From an uncultured Porphyromonadaceae bacterium (lineage in GTDB: Bacteria; Bacteroidota; Bacteroidia; Bacteroidales; Muribaculaceae), in the NCBI GenBank assembly GCA_947177575.1, contig CAMWVA010000001.1, positions 3,672-67,671 on the forward strand: a stretch of DNA of 64,000 bases, written 5' to 3'. Made by a program: the position numbers and the translations under genes. How positions within the stretch are numbered: position 1 is the first letter of the stretch; each line of letters starts with the position of its first letter. The notes under the pieces are model-generated. The model did no database searches. It saw nothing but the letters and a program-made list of their open reading frames with translations, and was not told where the DNA came from. Below are positions 35,934-45,532 of the stretch, in pieces.

Positions 35934-37163
35934 TTATTTGTAGCGACTTGCTACCTCACGTATACATTCAAATATGTGTCGGTCGCACTCATCAAGATGC
36001 TTGTCACGACGCTGCATCACACGTTCGGCTATGTCACAGAATTTTTTCATCGTCACATCGCTGAACCCTGCCGTCGCCGAACCTTCAGAAAAACTCGGTA
36101 TAAATACTCTCGGAAATCCGGCTCCATGTATATTGCACCCCACTCCCACTACCGTAGCGGTGTTGAACATACAGTTAATACCTGCCTTGGAATGATCTCC
36201 CATAATAAGGCCGCAAAACTGTAGGTCAGTACGCATAAAGGAATGTGTGGCGTAGTTCCAGATTCTTATTTTGCTGTAATCATTCTTAAGATTCGAAGCA
36301 TTAGTACCCGCTCCTATATTACACCACTCGCCTATTACAGCATTACCGAGATAACCGTCATGAGCCTTGTTACTGTAACCGAATATAACCGTATTATCTA
36401 TTTCTCCTCCCACTTTACAGTAAGGACCGAATGTTGTGCCTCCGTATATACGTGCACCCATCTTTACTTTAGAGTTCTCACACACAGCCAACGGCCCACG
36501 TAACGAAGCTCCCTCCATAATCTGTGCACCGCGTCCTATATATACAGGTCCATCTTTAAGATTTATCGTCACACACTCCAGCGAAGCTCCTTCCTCTATA
36601 AATATTTTAGAGTCGGCCCGACATCCGGCGCCTATTATTCTTACTGTGTCGCTTAGCGGTGCGCTGACACGTCCTGCCGTCAGACGCTCGAAGTCTTCGG
36701 CTATCATCTCAGCATTACGCAGAAATATATCAAACACATAATGTATGACACGAAGACGGTCTGAATTTATCACTTTGAAATCCGCTGCGGCAGCTCCTTT
36801 ATCAATAACGTTACAACATTGCCGGGCAGTACCGCGACAGGCTCTGATTACACCATCGGCATCGGCCAGAGCACACTCCGGCTCAAGGTTATCTATAAGC
36901 CGCACCACATATTTATCAGGAAGCACACTGCCTGATACAAACAGACAGTCATCACATTCTTCGTAAGCACAGCCGCCGAACTTATTATGCAAATAAGCGG
37001 CCGGACGATAGGAGTAACGGCCCGGAAGCAGGCTTTCCCACTTCTCACGCAGAGTGGTGATACCGATTCTGAATTCAGCTATCGGACGCGTAAACGATAG
37101 TGGCAACAGATTACAATGACTTTCTTCTGTGTCGAAGAGTATGATGTGGCGTTGGGTGTACAT
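35934..37163 (-). CDS. GlmU-family putative sugar nucleotidyltransferase/acetyltransferase (Bacteroidetes type)
   Basis: LLPLSFTRP..EFRIGI.T.REKW; hexapeptide region; NKAHDGYLGNAVIGEWCN; likely start MYTQRH (ORF-track start 37238). Confidence 0.85.
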   Translation of the reverse strand: MYTQRHIILFDTEESHCNLLPLSFTRPIAEFRIGITTLREKWESLLPGRYSYRPAAYLHNKFGGCAYEECDDCLFVSGSVLPDKYVVRLIDNLEPECALADADGVIRACRGTARQCCNVIDKGAAAADFKVINSDRLRVIHYVFDIFLRNAEMIAEDFERLTAGRVSAPLSDTVRIIGAGCRADSKIFIEEGASLECVTINLKDGPVYIGRGAQIMEGASLRGPLAVCENSKVKMGARIYGGTTFGPYCKVGGEIDNTVIFGYSNKAHDGYLGNAVIGEWCNIGAGTNASNLKNDYSKIRIWNYATHSFMRTDLQFCGLIMGDHSKAGINCMFNTATVVGVGCNIHGAGFPRVFIPSFSEGSATAGFSDVTMKKFCDIAERVMQRRDKHLDECDRHIFECIREVASRYK

Positions 37164-37384
37164 GTTTTGTGGCGTAGAGTTGGCGACCGGACTATTCACC
37201 TTCCCGTAAGGAAGCACGACATAGCCAATAACTAACATTAATTAAGGAGTGAGAATAGGGAATGGCTATAAGTAAGTATTGAAAAAAATTACTCACTTTT
37301 GCCAATTGTGTGCAAATCTACTACTTTTTATCTTTTTATCCAAAAAATTTATTTTTATATTTTGGATTTTTCATAAATAATAAT

Positions 37385-37426
37385 AAAAACAAAAACGGCA
37401 GCGACTTTCACAAGCCCTCTGCCGTT
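37385..37426 (-). terminator. Intrinsic terminator
   Basis: AACGGCAG...CTGCCGTT followed on the minus strand by TTTGTTTTT. Confidence 0.7.
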
Positions 37427-37675
37427 CTGTGATTTTTTAGATATCCGCCTGCTTTCACAAGCCAACGAACCTCCTACTCAACCACTAACTTACAAATTAT
37501 ATATCACTATTACTTAAAAGCTTTTTGACTTGCCTATACTTTCTAAACTGAGTTGTTACGTACTTTAACCGTGGGTCAGCTTCTATCAGCGACCCGCGCT
37601 ATGAACATCAAGCTTCCGGAGTAGGCGGTGAACAAGACTAATTTCAGCACTTGTTACTCCCTGTCTCCGAAAAAC
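37385..37675 (-). ncRNA. Candidate intergenic small RNA
   Basis: Minus-strand promoter TTTG-N20-TATATTTG (37711-37680), several hairpins, no substantial ORF, terminator at 37394-37426. Confidence 0.5.
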
Positions 37676-38052
37676 AATGCAAATATAGCGCTTTTAGAAA
37701 TACTGGCCAAATTTTCTATTAAAAAAATTTACTAAAATCAATCAACTTATCCCAATAAATACAATAATACGCCAATACGACTAATATTTTCAGCTCCTTT
37801 AGGTCATAAAATTCCCTTTCAGCTCCAAATTAGACCTCTTATCAGCGTTTTTTTACTTCTCAGCGCATTTTACACTTTTTTCATCTTCGTATAAGTTGAC
37901 TTTTTTATAAGACAGACTTTTTTATTCCGTCTTTTTTGTTTCTGGTACGATGAAGCATAAAGTCGGACTTTTTTATTAACTTTACCGTCACAACCAAACC
38001 ATGCAGCCGTCCGCTTCTGTCGGACCTTACGGTTGCACATAAATAAAATACC

Positions 38053-39849
38053 ATGGTAAAGAAAAATCAAGAGTATCTTGCAGCTCTGCGCAAGGTCATG
38101 GCCGAACACGGCATTGACACTGTCATAATTTCAGGTACAGACCCACACCAGAGCGAACTTCCCCCACTCCACTGGCGTTGCCGTGAGTGGCTGACCGGCT
38201 TCTCATCTGTCAACGGCACCAACGGCACAGCTGTCGTAACACCTGATAAAGCCCTCTGCTGGACCGATTCGCGTTATTTTATACAGGCTACAATACAGCT
38301 CGAAGGCACAGGATTCGAAATGATGAAAGAAGACGGCCCGGAGGCTGTGAATCTTGTCGATTGGGTGACTGAAAACACTGCTGCCGGCAAAACAGTAGGC
38401 ATTGACGGCATGACATTCTCAGTCGCTGCGGCTCAACGCCTGCAGCAGGAGCTCAACGACAATAACATCAAATTAGATACTTCTTTTGCTCCTTTCGACG
38501 AGATATATCCTGACCGCCCGGAACGTCCGAAAAACAAACTGTTCGTACACGATGAAAAAATCGTCGGTGAGACTGTGGATTCAAAAATCACACGGCTTAT
38601 GGAACAGGTCAAGGGCGAACTTGCCAATGCTGTCCTGTTATCTTCGCTTGATGACATAGCATGGGCCACCAATCTGCGTACGGCAAACGATATTGCTTTC
38701 TCCCCCATCTTTGTAGCTTTCCTATACATCGATACAACCCGCCGTGTACTGTTTATCGACACCGACAAACTCACCGACGAAGTCAGCGCACACCTTAAAA
38801 AATATAATATAGAGGTGCAGCCTTACGATGCTGTACTCAATTTCGTAGCAGGACTACCTAAAGAAACTCGACTTCTACTCGATCCGGACAAAACTTCACG
38901 CGGTGTCTACGACCATGTGGGATGCACAACAGTATTCGGCGGCTCCGGTGTAGCCAAACTTAAGAGTATCAAGAACGAGGCTATGCTTACTGCCCTTAAT
39001 CTGGCTATGCTTAAAGACGGAGTGGCTCTGACACGTTTCTTTATGTCGGTCGAAGCTGACTATCCGAAAGGCAACCTCACTGAAATGGTACTTGCCCGTC
39101 GTCTGCGTGATATGCGTATGGCAGACCCGGATTGCGTAGATGAAAGCTTCGCCTCTATTGTAGGCTGGAATGCTCACGGTGCAATCGTACACTATGAACC
39201 CACCGATGAGACAGACGTAGCTATCGTTGGTGACGGTCTGCTGCTTGTAGACAGCGGAGGCCAGTATAAATACGGTACTACCGACATAACACGTACCATA
39301 GCTTTAGGTACACCCACAGCTCAACAACGTCATGACTTTACACTCGTGCTCAAAGGCCATATAGCTCTTGCCTGTGCCGTATTCCCTCAGGGCACACGCG
39401 GAGGCCAACTCGATGTATTGGCACGTCAGTATCTCTGGCATGAAGGCAAAGCCTATTATCATGGTACAGGTCACGGCGTAGGTTTCTTCATCAACTGTCA
39501 TGAAGGACCTCAGAGCATACGCCTCAATGACGTACCCACGCCGCTTGAACCGGGTATGGTGACAAGCAACGAACCGGGATTATATCTCGAAGGACAATAC
39601 GGTATACGTACCGAAAATCTTATCGTTACTGTACCGGCTATGACTACGGACTTCGGAGTTTTCTATCGTTTCGATACAGTTACGCTCTTCCCTATCGACA
39701 CGACACTCGTAGACGTTACCATGATGACAGACGACGAAGTTAAGTGGCTCAATAATTATCACGCACAGGTATGTCAGGCTCTGACACCGCTACTCAATGC
39801 TGACGAAGCTGCCTGGCTAAAAAATAAGACTCAACCGATAAGCAAATAA
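38053..39849 (+). CDS. Aminopeptidase P family (M24B Xaa-Pro aminopeptidase)
   Basis: DPHQSE, WTDSRY, DSGGQY..GTTDITRT, HGTGHGVG, HEGP, SNEPGLY, GIRTEN. Confidence 0.95.
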   Translation: MVKKNQEYLAALRKVMAEHGIDTVIISGTDPHQSELPPLHWRCREWLTGFSSVNGTNGTAVVTPDKALCWTDSRYFIQATIQLEGTGFEMMKEDGPEAVNLVDWVTENTAAGKTVGIDGMTFSVAAAQRLQQELNDNNIKLDTSFAPFDEIYPDRPERPKNKLFVHDEKIVGETVDSKITRLMEQVKGELANAVLLSSLDDIAWATNLRTANDIAFSPIFVAFLYIDTTRRVLFIDTDKLTDEVSAHLKKYNIEVQPYDAVLNFVAGLPKETRLLLDPDKTSRGVYDHVGCTTVFGGSGVAKLKSIKNEAMLTALNLAMLKDGVALTRFFMSVEADYPKGNLTEMVLARRLRDMRMADPDCVDESFASIVGWNAHGAIVHYEPTDETDVAIVGDGLLLVDSGGQYKYGTTDITRTIALGTPTAQQRHDFTLVLKGHIALACAVFPQGTRGGQLDVLARQYLWHEGKAYYHGTGHGVGFFINCHEGPQSIRLNDVPTPLEPGMVTSNEPGLYLEGQYGIRTENLIVTVPAMTTDFGVFYRFDTVTLFPIDTTLVDVTMMTDDEVKWLNNYHAQVCQALTPLLNADEAAWLKNKTQPISK

Positions 39850-39858
39850 CAACAAGAT

Positions 39859-40413
39859 ATGGCAATAATAAGAGATGTTAGAGGCTTCACTCCTCAGATA
39901 GGCCGGGACTGTTTTCTGGCTGACAATGCTGTAATAGTAGGCGACGTCATTATGGGCGATGAGTGCAGCATCTGGTTCAGTACTGTATTGAGAGGCGATG
40001 TCAATTCTATCCGCATCGGTAACCGTGTCAACATTCAGGACGGAAGTGTACTGCACACTCTGTATCAGAAATCGACTATAGAAATCGGCAACGATGTTTC
40101 TATAGGCCACAACGTAGTGATACACGGTGCGAAGATACATGACTATGCTCTTATCGGCATGGGAGCCATAGTCATGGATGATGCAGAAGTAGGAGAAGGC
40201 GCTCTTGTAGCCGCAGGTGCGGTAGTACTCAGCCGTACAAAAATAGGTCCTCATGAAATGTGGGCCGGCGCACCGGCTAAATTCATCAAAATGGTTGAGC
40301 CGGAAAAAGCTAAAGAGATGAATATCAAGATAGCGCATAACTATCTTATGTACTCTAAATGGTACACCGACCCACAACCTGAAGACGCTGAAGAGGGCTG
40401 CAAAGATAAATAA
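39859..40413 (+). CDS. Gamma carbonic anhydrase family protein
   Basis: LRGDVNSIRIG..VNIQDGSVLH; GHNVVIHG. Confidence 0.92.
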   Translation: MAIIRDVRGFTPQIGRDCFLADNAVIVGDVIMGDECSIWFSTVLRGDVNSIRIGNRVNIQDGSVLHTLYQKSTIEIGNDVSIGHNVVIHGAKIHDYALIGMGAIVMDDAEVGEGALVAAGAVVLSRTKIGPHEMWAGAPAKFIKMVEPEKAKEMNIKIAHNYLMYSKWYTDPQPEDAEEGCKDK

Positions 40414-40494
40414 CTAAAATCGGAGTAGACGGAAGTTAGAAATGTTGTATGTCAAAAAATTGCGCTAAAATTTTGTTGTCAATTTAATAATGTG

Positions 40495-40502
40495 TAATTT
40501 TG
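40495..40502 (+). promoter_or_regulatory. -7 promoter element of rpsU
   Basis: TAATTTTG about 100 nt upstream of the ATG. Confidence 0.55.
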
Positions 40503-40601
40503 CAACCGCAAATTTCATGCACGGCTTCGAATATATGTCAGCCTCATGAAATCGACACAGCAAAAACAACAAAAAAATAAATAATAAGCTAAAACAACAA
40601 C

Positions 40602-40793
40602 ATGATTATCGTACAAGTAAAAGAAGGCGAAAACATCGAGAAAGCTCTGAAGAAATTCAAACGTAAATTTGAAAGAACCGGCATTGTGAAGGAACTGCGC
40701 AGCCGCCAGGCTTTTGAGAAGCCATCGGTGACCAACCGCAAGAAAATGATCAAGGCCATCTACGTTCAGCAGCTTCGCCAGGCCGAGCAGTAA
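40602..40793 (+). CDS. rpsU: 30S ribosomal protein S21
   Basis: VKEGENIEKALKKFKRK; FEKPS. Confidence 0.97.
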   Translation: MIIVQVKEGENIEKALKKFKRKFERTGIVKELRSRQAFEKPSVTNRKKMIKAIYVQQLRQAEQ

Positions 40794-40979
40794 TCAAAGT
40801 ATTACCGGCCTATTTCTCCATGCCGCTACGGCGGCCGCTGGCTGATGACGTCGGCTTTTTCTTGACATACTGTCATCTCCCCGTTCCCATGCCACGGCAG
40901 ACATGGCGCTTTTTGTGCGCTCCATGCCTGCCGTGGTTTCATGCTTTATTCTCCTCTCTTTTAAACTTTTCCATTGTCT

Positions 40980-41936
40980 ATGATAGCCGCCTTTCTACAA
41001 TATCTTGCTCTCGAGCTCAATCGCTCTCCTCTTACTGTTGAAGCATACGGTCATGACACACGCCAATTTGCTTTATGGATTACCAACGGGCACCCTGTTG
41101 ACTTTGATCCTGGTTCGGTAACTGTAGCCGATGTACGTGCATGGCTCACCCAGTTGGCGGCTGGCGGTGACACACCACGTACCATCAGACGTAAGACTCA
41201 GAGTCTGCGTGCATTCTTTCTGTTTTTACGCAAACGCGGTGTTATTCCGACTAATCCGGCTGCTGACCTAAAACTGGCTAAGATAGGCAAACCGTTGCCT
41301 AATTTCGTGCGCGAGGAAGAACTTGAGAAAGCTCTTGCCATACCTCCTGCTGAAGAAGACATATATCAGATGCGGGATTATCTTGTAGTAGACCTTCTTT
41401 ATAGCACCGGTATGCGGCGTGCCGAGATATTGGCCTTGACAGACGACGATGTAGACCGCAGCAGTTGTCAGCTGCGCATCACCGGTAAACGACGCAAACA
41501 ACGTATGATGCCCCTGCCCGTGCCGTTGCTCAATCACATCACAGCATGGCAGGCTCTGCGTGACAAAACATGGCCTGACCTTCCTGTCCCACGTCCGCTC
41601 ATAGCAGGACCGCGCGGACAGGTCACATACTCTGCAATAGCGGGAGCGGTCAGACGTCTGCTTGGCGACACCTCATGTCCCAAGCGTACCCCTCATGTAC
41701 TGCGACATTCATTTGCGACAGCTATGCTCAACGACGGGGCTGACCTAAATACTGTACGAGAGATGCTCGGTCATACTTCGCTGGCCACTACCCAGATATA
41801 CACACATCTCTCCTTTGCACAACTGCGCGACAACTATCTCGGAGCCCACCCGCGTGCCCGTGAGCCGCTAAACGACATCGGTAGTTTTGACTTCGGTTCG
41901 GAGGAGGATGAGGAGAGAAATAAAGAGGAAAACTAA
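40980..41936 (+). CDS. xerC: XerC-like tyrosine recombinase
   Basis: LLYSTGMRRAE, GKRRKQR, PHVLRHSFAT, LGH.SL.TTQIY; rpsU-xerC-hpf order. Confidence 0.8.
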   Translation: MIAAFLQYLALELNRSPLTVEAYGHDTRQFALWITNGHPVDFDPGSVTVADVRAWLTQLAAGGDTPRTIRRKTQSLRAFFLFLRKRGVIPTNPAADLKLAKIGKPLPNFVREEELEKALAIPPAEEDIYQMRDYLVVDLLYSTGMRRAEILALTDDDVDRSSCQLRITGKRRKQRMMPLPVPLLNHITAWQALRDKTWPDLPVPRPLIAGPRGQVTYSAIAGAVRRLLGDTSCPKRTPHVLRHSFATAMLNDGADLNTVREMLGHTSLATTQIYTHLSFAQLRDNYLGAHPRAREPLNDIGSFDFGSEEDEERNKEEN

Positions 41937-42103
41937 AAAAATAGCAGCTAAAACTCCAATATCTTGTCCGATATATCATAATTTTGTGTTATCTTTGTAA
42001 GCGGTCTTATTTCCCGGCTCTCCGCGGCCATCGGCCGTCGGGCGACCTAACGGTCTGTCAAAGGTCCGTCAACAAAAATAACCAACCCAATAAAATCACT
42101 GCT

Positions 42104-42394
42104 ATGGAAGTCAAAATCAAAGCAATCCATTTCGACATCACCGATAAGCTCGTAGCCTTCATCAACAAGAAAGTCGACAAGATGGGCCGCCGCAACGAAA
42201 ATGTGGCTGAGGTAGAGGTGACTCTACGTGTAGTGAAACCCGAAACCGCCATGAATAAGGAGGCCGGGGTTAAACTCACTGTGCCCCAGGCACCTGAACT
42301 CTTCGCTTCGAAGACAGCCAATACATTTGAAGAGGCTATCGACCTGTGTCTTGATGCCCTGGAGCCTCAGCTCGAAAAACTCAAAAACCGCTGA
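42104..42394 (+). CDS. raiA: Ribosome hibernation factor (RaiA/HPF)
   Basis: MEVKIKAIHFD...FEEAID; TATCTTTG promoter element at 41990-41997. Confidence 0.88.
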   Translation: MEVKIKAIHFDITDKLVAFINKKVDKMGRRNENVAEVEVTLRVVKPETAMNKEAGVKLTVPQAPELFASKTANTFEEAIDLCLDALEPQLEKLKNR

Positions 42395-42502
42395 TAAGTC
42401 ACACGGTAATTATTCCGTGTCATACTTCTCATCACCGCAGGTCCGTGGCGTTCGGTGCCAAAGGCCTGCGGTTTATCAAAAAACCACCAAGCAACACACA
42501 CG

Positions 42503-42925
42503 ATGTCACGACTGCTTGACCGAGTCAAGGTCTACGAATTCTCGAAAGTGTGCGATCCGCGTGGCAATCTCTCCTTTATAGAAGAAGGTTGCCATGTGCC
42601 GTTCGCCATAAAACGTGTCTTCTACATATATGACGTGCCCGGCGGCGAGACACGCGGCGGACACGCACATAAAGAAAACTCGACCGTGCTTATAGCCGTC
42701 TCGGGTTCACTTGATCTTCACCTCACCGACGGCCGTGACGAGATAGTGGTCACACTTAACCGTGCCAACAAAGGCGTACTGATTCCGCCGGGGGTCTGGG
42801 ATTCAATGCATAACTTCACCACAGGAACCGTATGTCTGGCTCTCTGTTCGCACCATTACGAGGAGAGTGACTATATACGCGATTTCGACGAATATCACGA
42901 TTATGTGCGCCGTCTCGAACAATAA
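42503..42925 (+). CDS. FdtA/QdtA (WxcM-like) sugar 3,4-ketoisomerase
   Basis: DPRGNLSFIE..VPF.IKRVFYIYDVP...RGGHAHK; YEESDYIR. Confidence 0.9.
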   Translation: MSRLLDRVKVYEFSKVCDPRGNLSFIEEGCHVPFAIKRVFYIYDVPGGETRGGHAHKENSTVLIAVSGSLDLHLTDGRDEIVVTLNRANKGVLIPPGVWDSMHNFTTGTVCLALCSHHYEESDYIRDFDEYHDYVRRLEQ

Positions 42926-44051
42926 ACCAAAGCATCCTTTCATATCGCTTGCCCGCACCAATGCTCAGTATGCTGAGGAATTACGTGAGGCTGCCGCCAG
43001 AGTCATTGACTCAGGACGCTATCTGCACGGACATGAGACCGAAGCTTTTGAGAGAGATTTGGCCTTGCTGTGTGGTGTAAAACAGGCTATAGGTGTCAGC
43101 AACGGCCTCGATGCTCTGCGCCTGATAGTACGGGCTGCTATCGAACTCGGCCGTTTACGGCCCGGCGATGAAGTAATATACCCCGCTAACACGTATATTG
43201 CTTCAGTGCTCCCGCTTACAGAGTTCGGCCTGAAACCCGTAGGGCTCGACCCTGACGCTGCCACTTTCAATCTTGACATGAGTATACTTCCGGACATAAT
43301 TACCGAACGTACACGAGCCGTTATGGTAGTGCACCTGTATGGTAATCCTTGCTGGGACAGCGATGCAGCAAAGTTTATGGCTGACCGGGGTATAATGATA
43401 ATAGAAGACAATGCACAAGCCATCGGTGCCCGCACTGATACACCGGGTCTGAACGGGAACTACGTTACAGGAGGTCTGGGTCATGTGGCGGCTCACAGCT
43501 TCTATCCTACAAAAAATCTCGGTGCTCTTGGTGACGCTGGTGCTGTAACTACAGACGACACAGAACTGGCTGATACTATAAAGGCACTGGCAAACTATGG
43601 TTCCGACCGACGCTACCATAACATATACACAGGCTATAACTGCCGCCTTGATGAAATTCAGGCAGCCATGCTAAGGGTTAAACTGCGTCACCTTGACGAG
43701 ATTACGTCCCGCCGTCGCACAGTAGCCCGTATCTATAATAACTCTATCAACAATCCTTTGGTACAGACACCTGCCATGATGCCAGGCTGTGTACAAGTAT
43801 GGCATCAGTATCCTGTACGTTCGCCGAAACGCGACAAACTCAGAGAGTGGTTAGACCAATGTGGCATAGCCACTGATATACATTACGCTGTACCTCCTCA
43901 TCGGCAGCCATGCTACGCCGACAAAGGTGACAGCCGACTCTATCCTCTCACCGACCGTATAGCCTCACAGCTGCTAAGCCTTCCTATAGCAGATCTTAAT
44001 GATAAAGAAGCTGCCGAAGTAGCCGAGGCAGTCAATGCTTTCTCCTTATAA
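42903..44051 (+). CDS. DegT/DnrJ/EryC1/StrS sugar aminotransferase (FdtB-like)
   Basis: GVSNGLDAL, VHLYG, EDNAQA, SFYPTKNLGALGDAG, N.RLDEIQAA; start uncertain. Confidence 0.9.
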   Translation: MCAVSNNKPKHPFISLARTNAQYAEELREAAARVIDSGRYLHGHETEAFERDLALLCGVKQAIGVSNGLDALRLIVRAAIELGRLRPGDEVIYPANTYIASVLPLTEFGLKPVGLDPDAATFNLDMSILPDIITERTRAVMVVHLYGNPCWDSDAAKFMADRGIMIIEDNAQAIGARTDTPGLNGNYVTGGLGHVAAHSFYPTKNLGALGDAGAVTTDDTELADTIKALANYGSDRRYHNIYTGYNCRLDEIQAAMLRVKLRHLDEITSRRRTVARIYNNSINNPLVQTPAMMPGCVQVWHQYPVRSPKRDKLREWLDQCGIATDIHYAVPPHRQPCYADKGDSRLYPLTDRIASQLLSLPIADLNDKEAAEVAEAVNAFSL

Positions 44052-44072
44052 TTCTCAATCAAAAATATTGCA

Positions 44073-45218
44073 GTGACCAACGATCCGAATATAAATAACG
44101 TCCCTCCTGTTATTCCGGAAGATAATGCTATTTCCTCTGTTAATACAGAGGAATCTTACTCCACACTTCCGCCGCTTCCTCCGGTACCTCCTGCGCCACG
44201 GCGAACTAAAAAAGGGCTCATCGCCTTATTTATATGTGTGGCAGCCGTGCTTGCCATAGCTGCTATATGGATAGCTCCTATGTTGCTTAACGGCACACGT
44301 CACAGTGCCGTAATACGCATACCTGCACACGCCAGCATACAGAACGTCACTGATAGTCTAAGTAAATATTTCGGCGAATCCTATGCTAACAAGACAGTAA
44401 GCCTTATCAAGCTGAGCGGTGTGTCGCCGGATTCGCGTCACGGTGCCTACAATATACCTGTCGGTACTACTCCGGCCCGTGCCGCACGACGTCTGACGCA
44501 CGGTGCCCAACAGCCTATGAACATTACTGTCAACGGACAGCGTACGCTTCCACAGCTAGCAGCCTATCTGTCCGAACGCCTTGATTTCTCGGCTGATTCA
44601 CTCATAAAAGCTGCCACAGACCCTGCGTTACTTGCACAATATGACCTTACGCCCGAACAGTCAATGGCTCTGTTTCTGAACGATACTTACGAAGTCTACT
44701 GGACTGTATCACCTCGTGAGCTACTCGATAAAATAGGTGCTAATTATCGTCGTTTCTGGAATGATAAGCGCCGTGCCAAAGCCAGTAACTTAGGTCTGAG
44801 TCCGGCTGAAATAATGACAGTGTGCTCTATTGTAGACGAAGAAAGTAACAAAGCCGATGAAAAAGGAACTATCGGTCGCCTCTATATCAATCGTCTGCAC
44901 AAAGGTATGAAACTACAGGCGGATCCCACAGTACGATATGCCACAGGTGACTTCACGATACGCCGTATACAGGGTGTACATCTTAAAACGCCTTCACCTT
45001 ACAACACTTATCTCAACAAAGGTCTGCCTCCGGGTCCGATACGTACCGGTTCGGCCAAGACCATAGACCTTGTACTTGATGCTGCGCCTACTGATGCTCT
45101 CTATATGTGTGCACGTTCTGATTTTTCCGGTTATCATGACTTCGCGTCTACCTACAGCGAACATCAGGAGAATGCACGCCAGTATCATAAAGCTCTTAAC
45201 GCACGTGGTATAAAGTAG
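44073..45218 (+). CDS. mltG: Endolytic transglycosylase MltG
   Basis: N-terminal TM; SIVDEE, NRL..GM.LQADPTV, SPYNTY...GLPPGPI. Confidence 0.92.
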   Translation: MTNDPNINNVPPVIPEDNAISSVNTEESYSTLPPLPPVPPAPRRTKKGLIALFICVAAVLAIAAIWIAPMLLNGTRHSAVIRIPAHASIQNVTDSLSKYFGESYANKTVSLIKLSGVSPDSRHGAYNIPVGTTPARAARRLTHGAQQPMNITVNGQRTLPQLAAYLSERLDFSADSLIKAATDPALLAQYDLTPEQSMALFLNDTYEVYWTVSPRELLDKIGANYRRFWNDKRRAKASNLGLSPAEIMTVCSIVDEESNKADEKGTIGRLYINRLHKGMKLQADPTVRYATGDFTIRRIQGVHLKTPSPYNTYLNKGLPPGPIRTGSAKTIDLVLDAAPTDALYMCARSDFSGYHDFASTYSEHQENARQYHKALNARGIK

Positions 45219-45257
45219 GTCTGTTAATATTCCGCCCAATCATATTTACCCCTTTCT

Positions 45258-45470
45258 ATGGAACTTACCCTCATAAACCAGTATCCTACCGAGATTGAAG
45301 CCAGTATAGACGCCGGTATGCTCCGCGCACACGGCATTGACGCACACATCGAGACCAACGGACTTTCAGGTATCTTCCCGGGCACCTCCGTAGGCGGTGC
45401 AGCGCTTTATGTACCTACTCCGCAGGTAGCACAGGCCGAACGTCTTTTACAGAATCATGGTGACGAATAA
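45258..45470 (+). CDS. Small DUF2007-like (putative signal-transducing) protein
   Basis: EA.I..GML..HGI.A...LYV...A.RLL pattern, 70 aa. Confidence 0.65.
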   Translation: MELTLINQYPTEIEASIDAGMLRAHGIDAHIETNGLSGIFPGTSVGGAALYVPTPQVAQAERLLQNHGDE

Positions 45471-45532
45471 AAACTGAAATTCCTTATCAATCCGCGTGAG
45501 CGGCTATATTATAACCACCATTCTGATGTGTA

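Noticed and set aside
40980-41936. Tyrosine recombinase as the integrase or invertase of a mobile element
   Set aside because: It sits in the conserved rpsU-xerC-hpf housekeeping context; no att sites or flanking invertible repeats seen
42395-42502. tRNA cluster often found after hpf in Bacteroidetes
   Set aside because: No cloverleaf or T-loop GTTCRA signature recognised here; no tRNA or rRNA identified in the window
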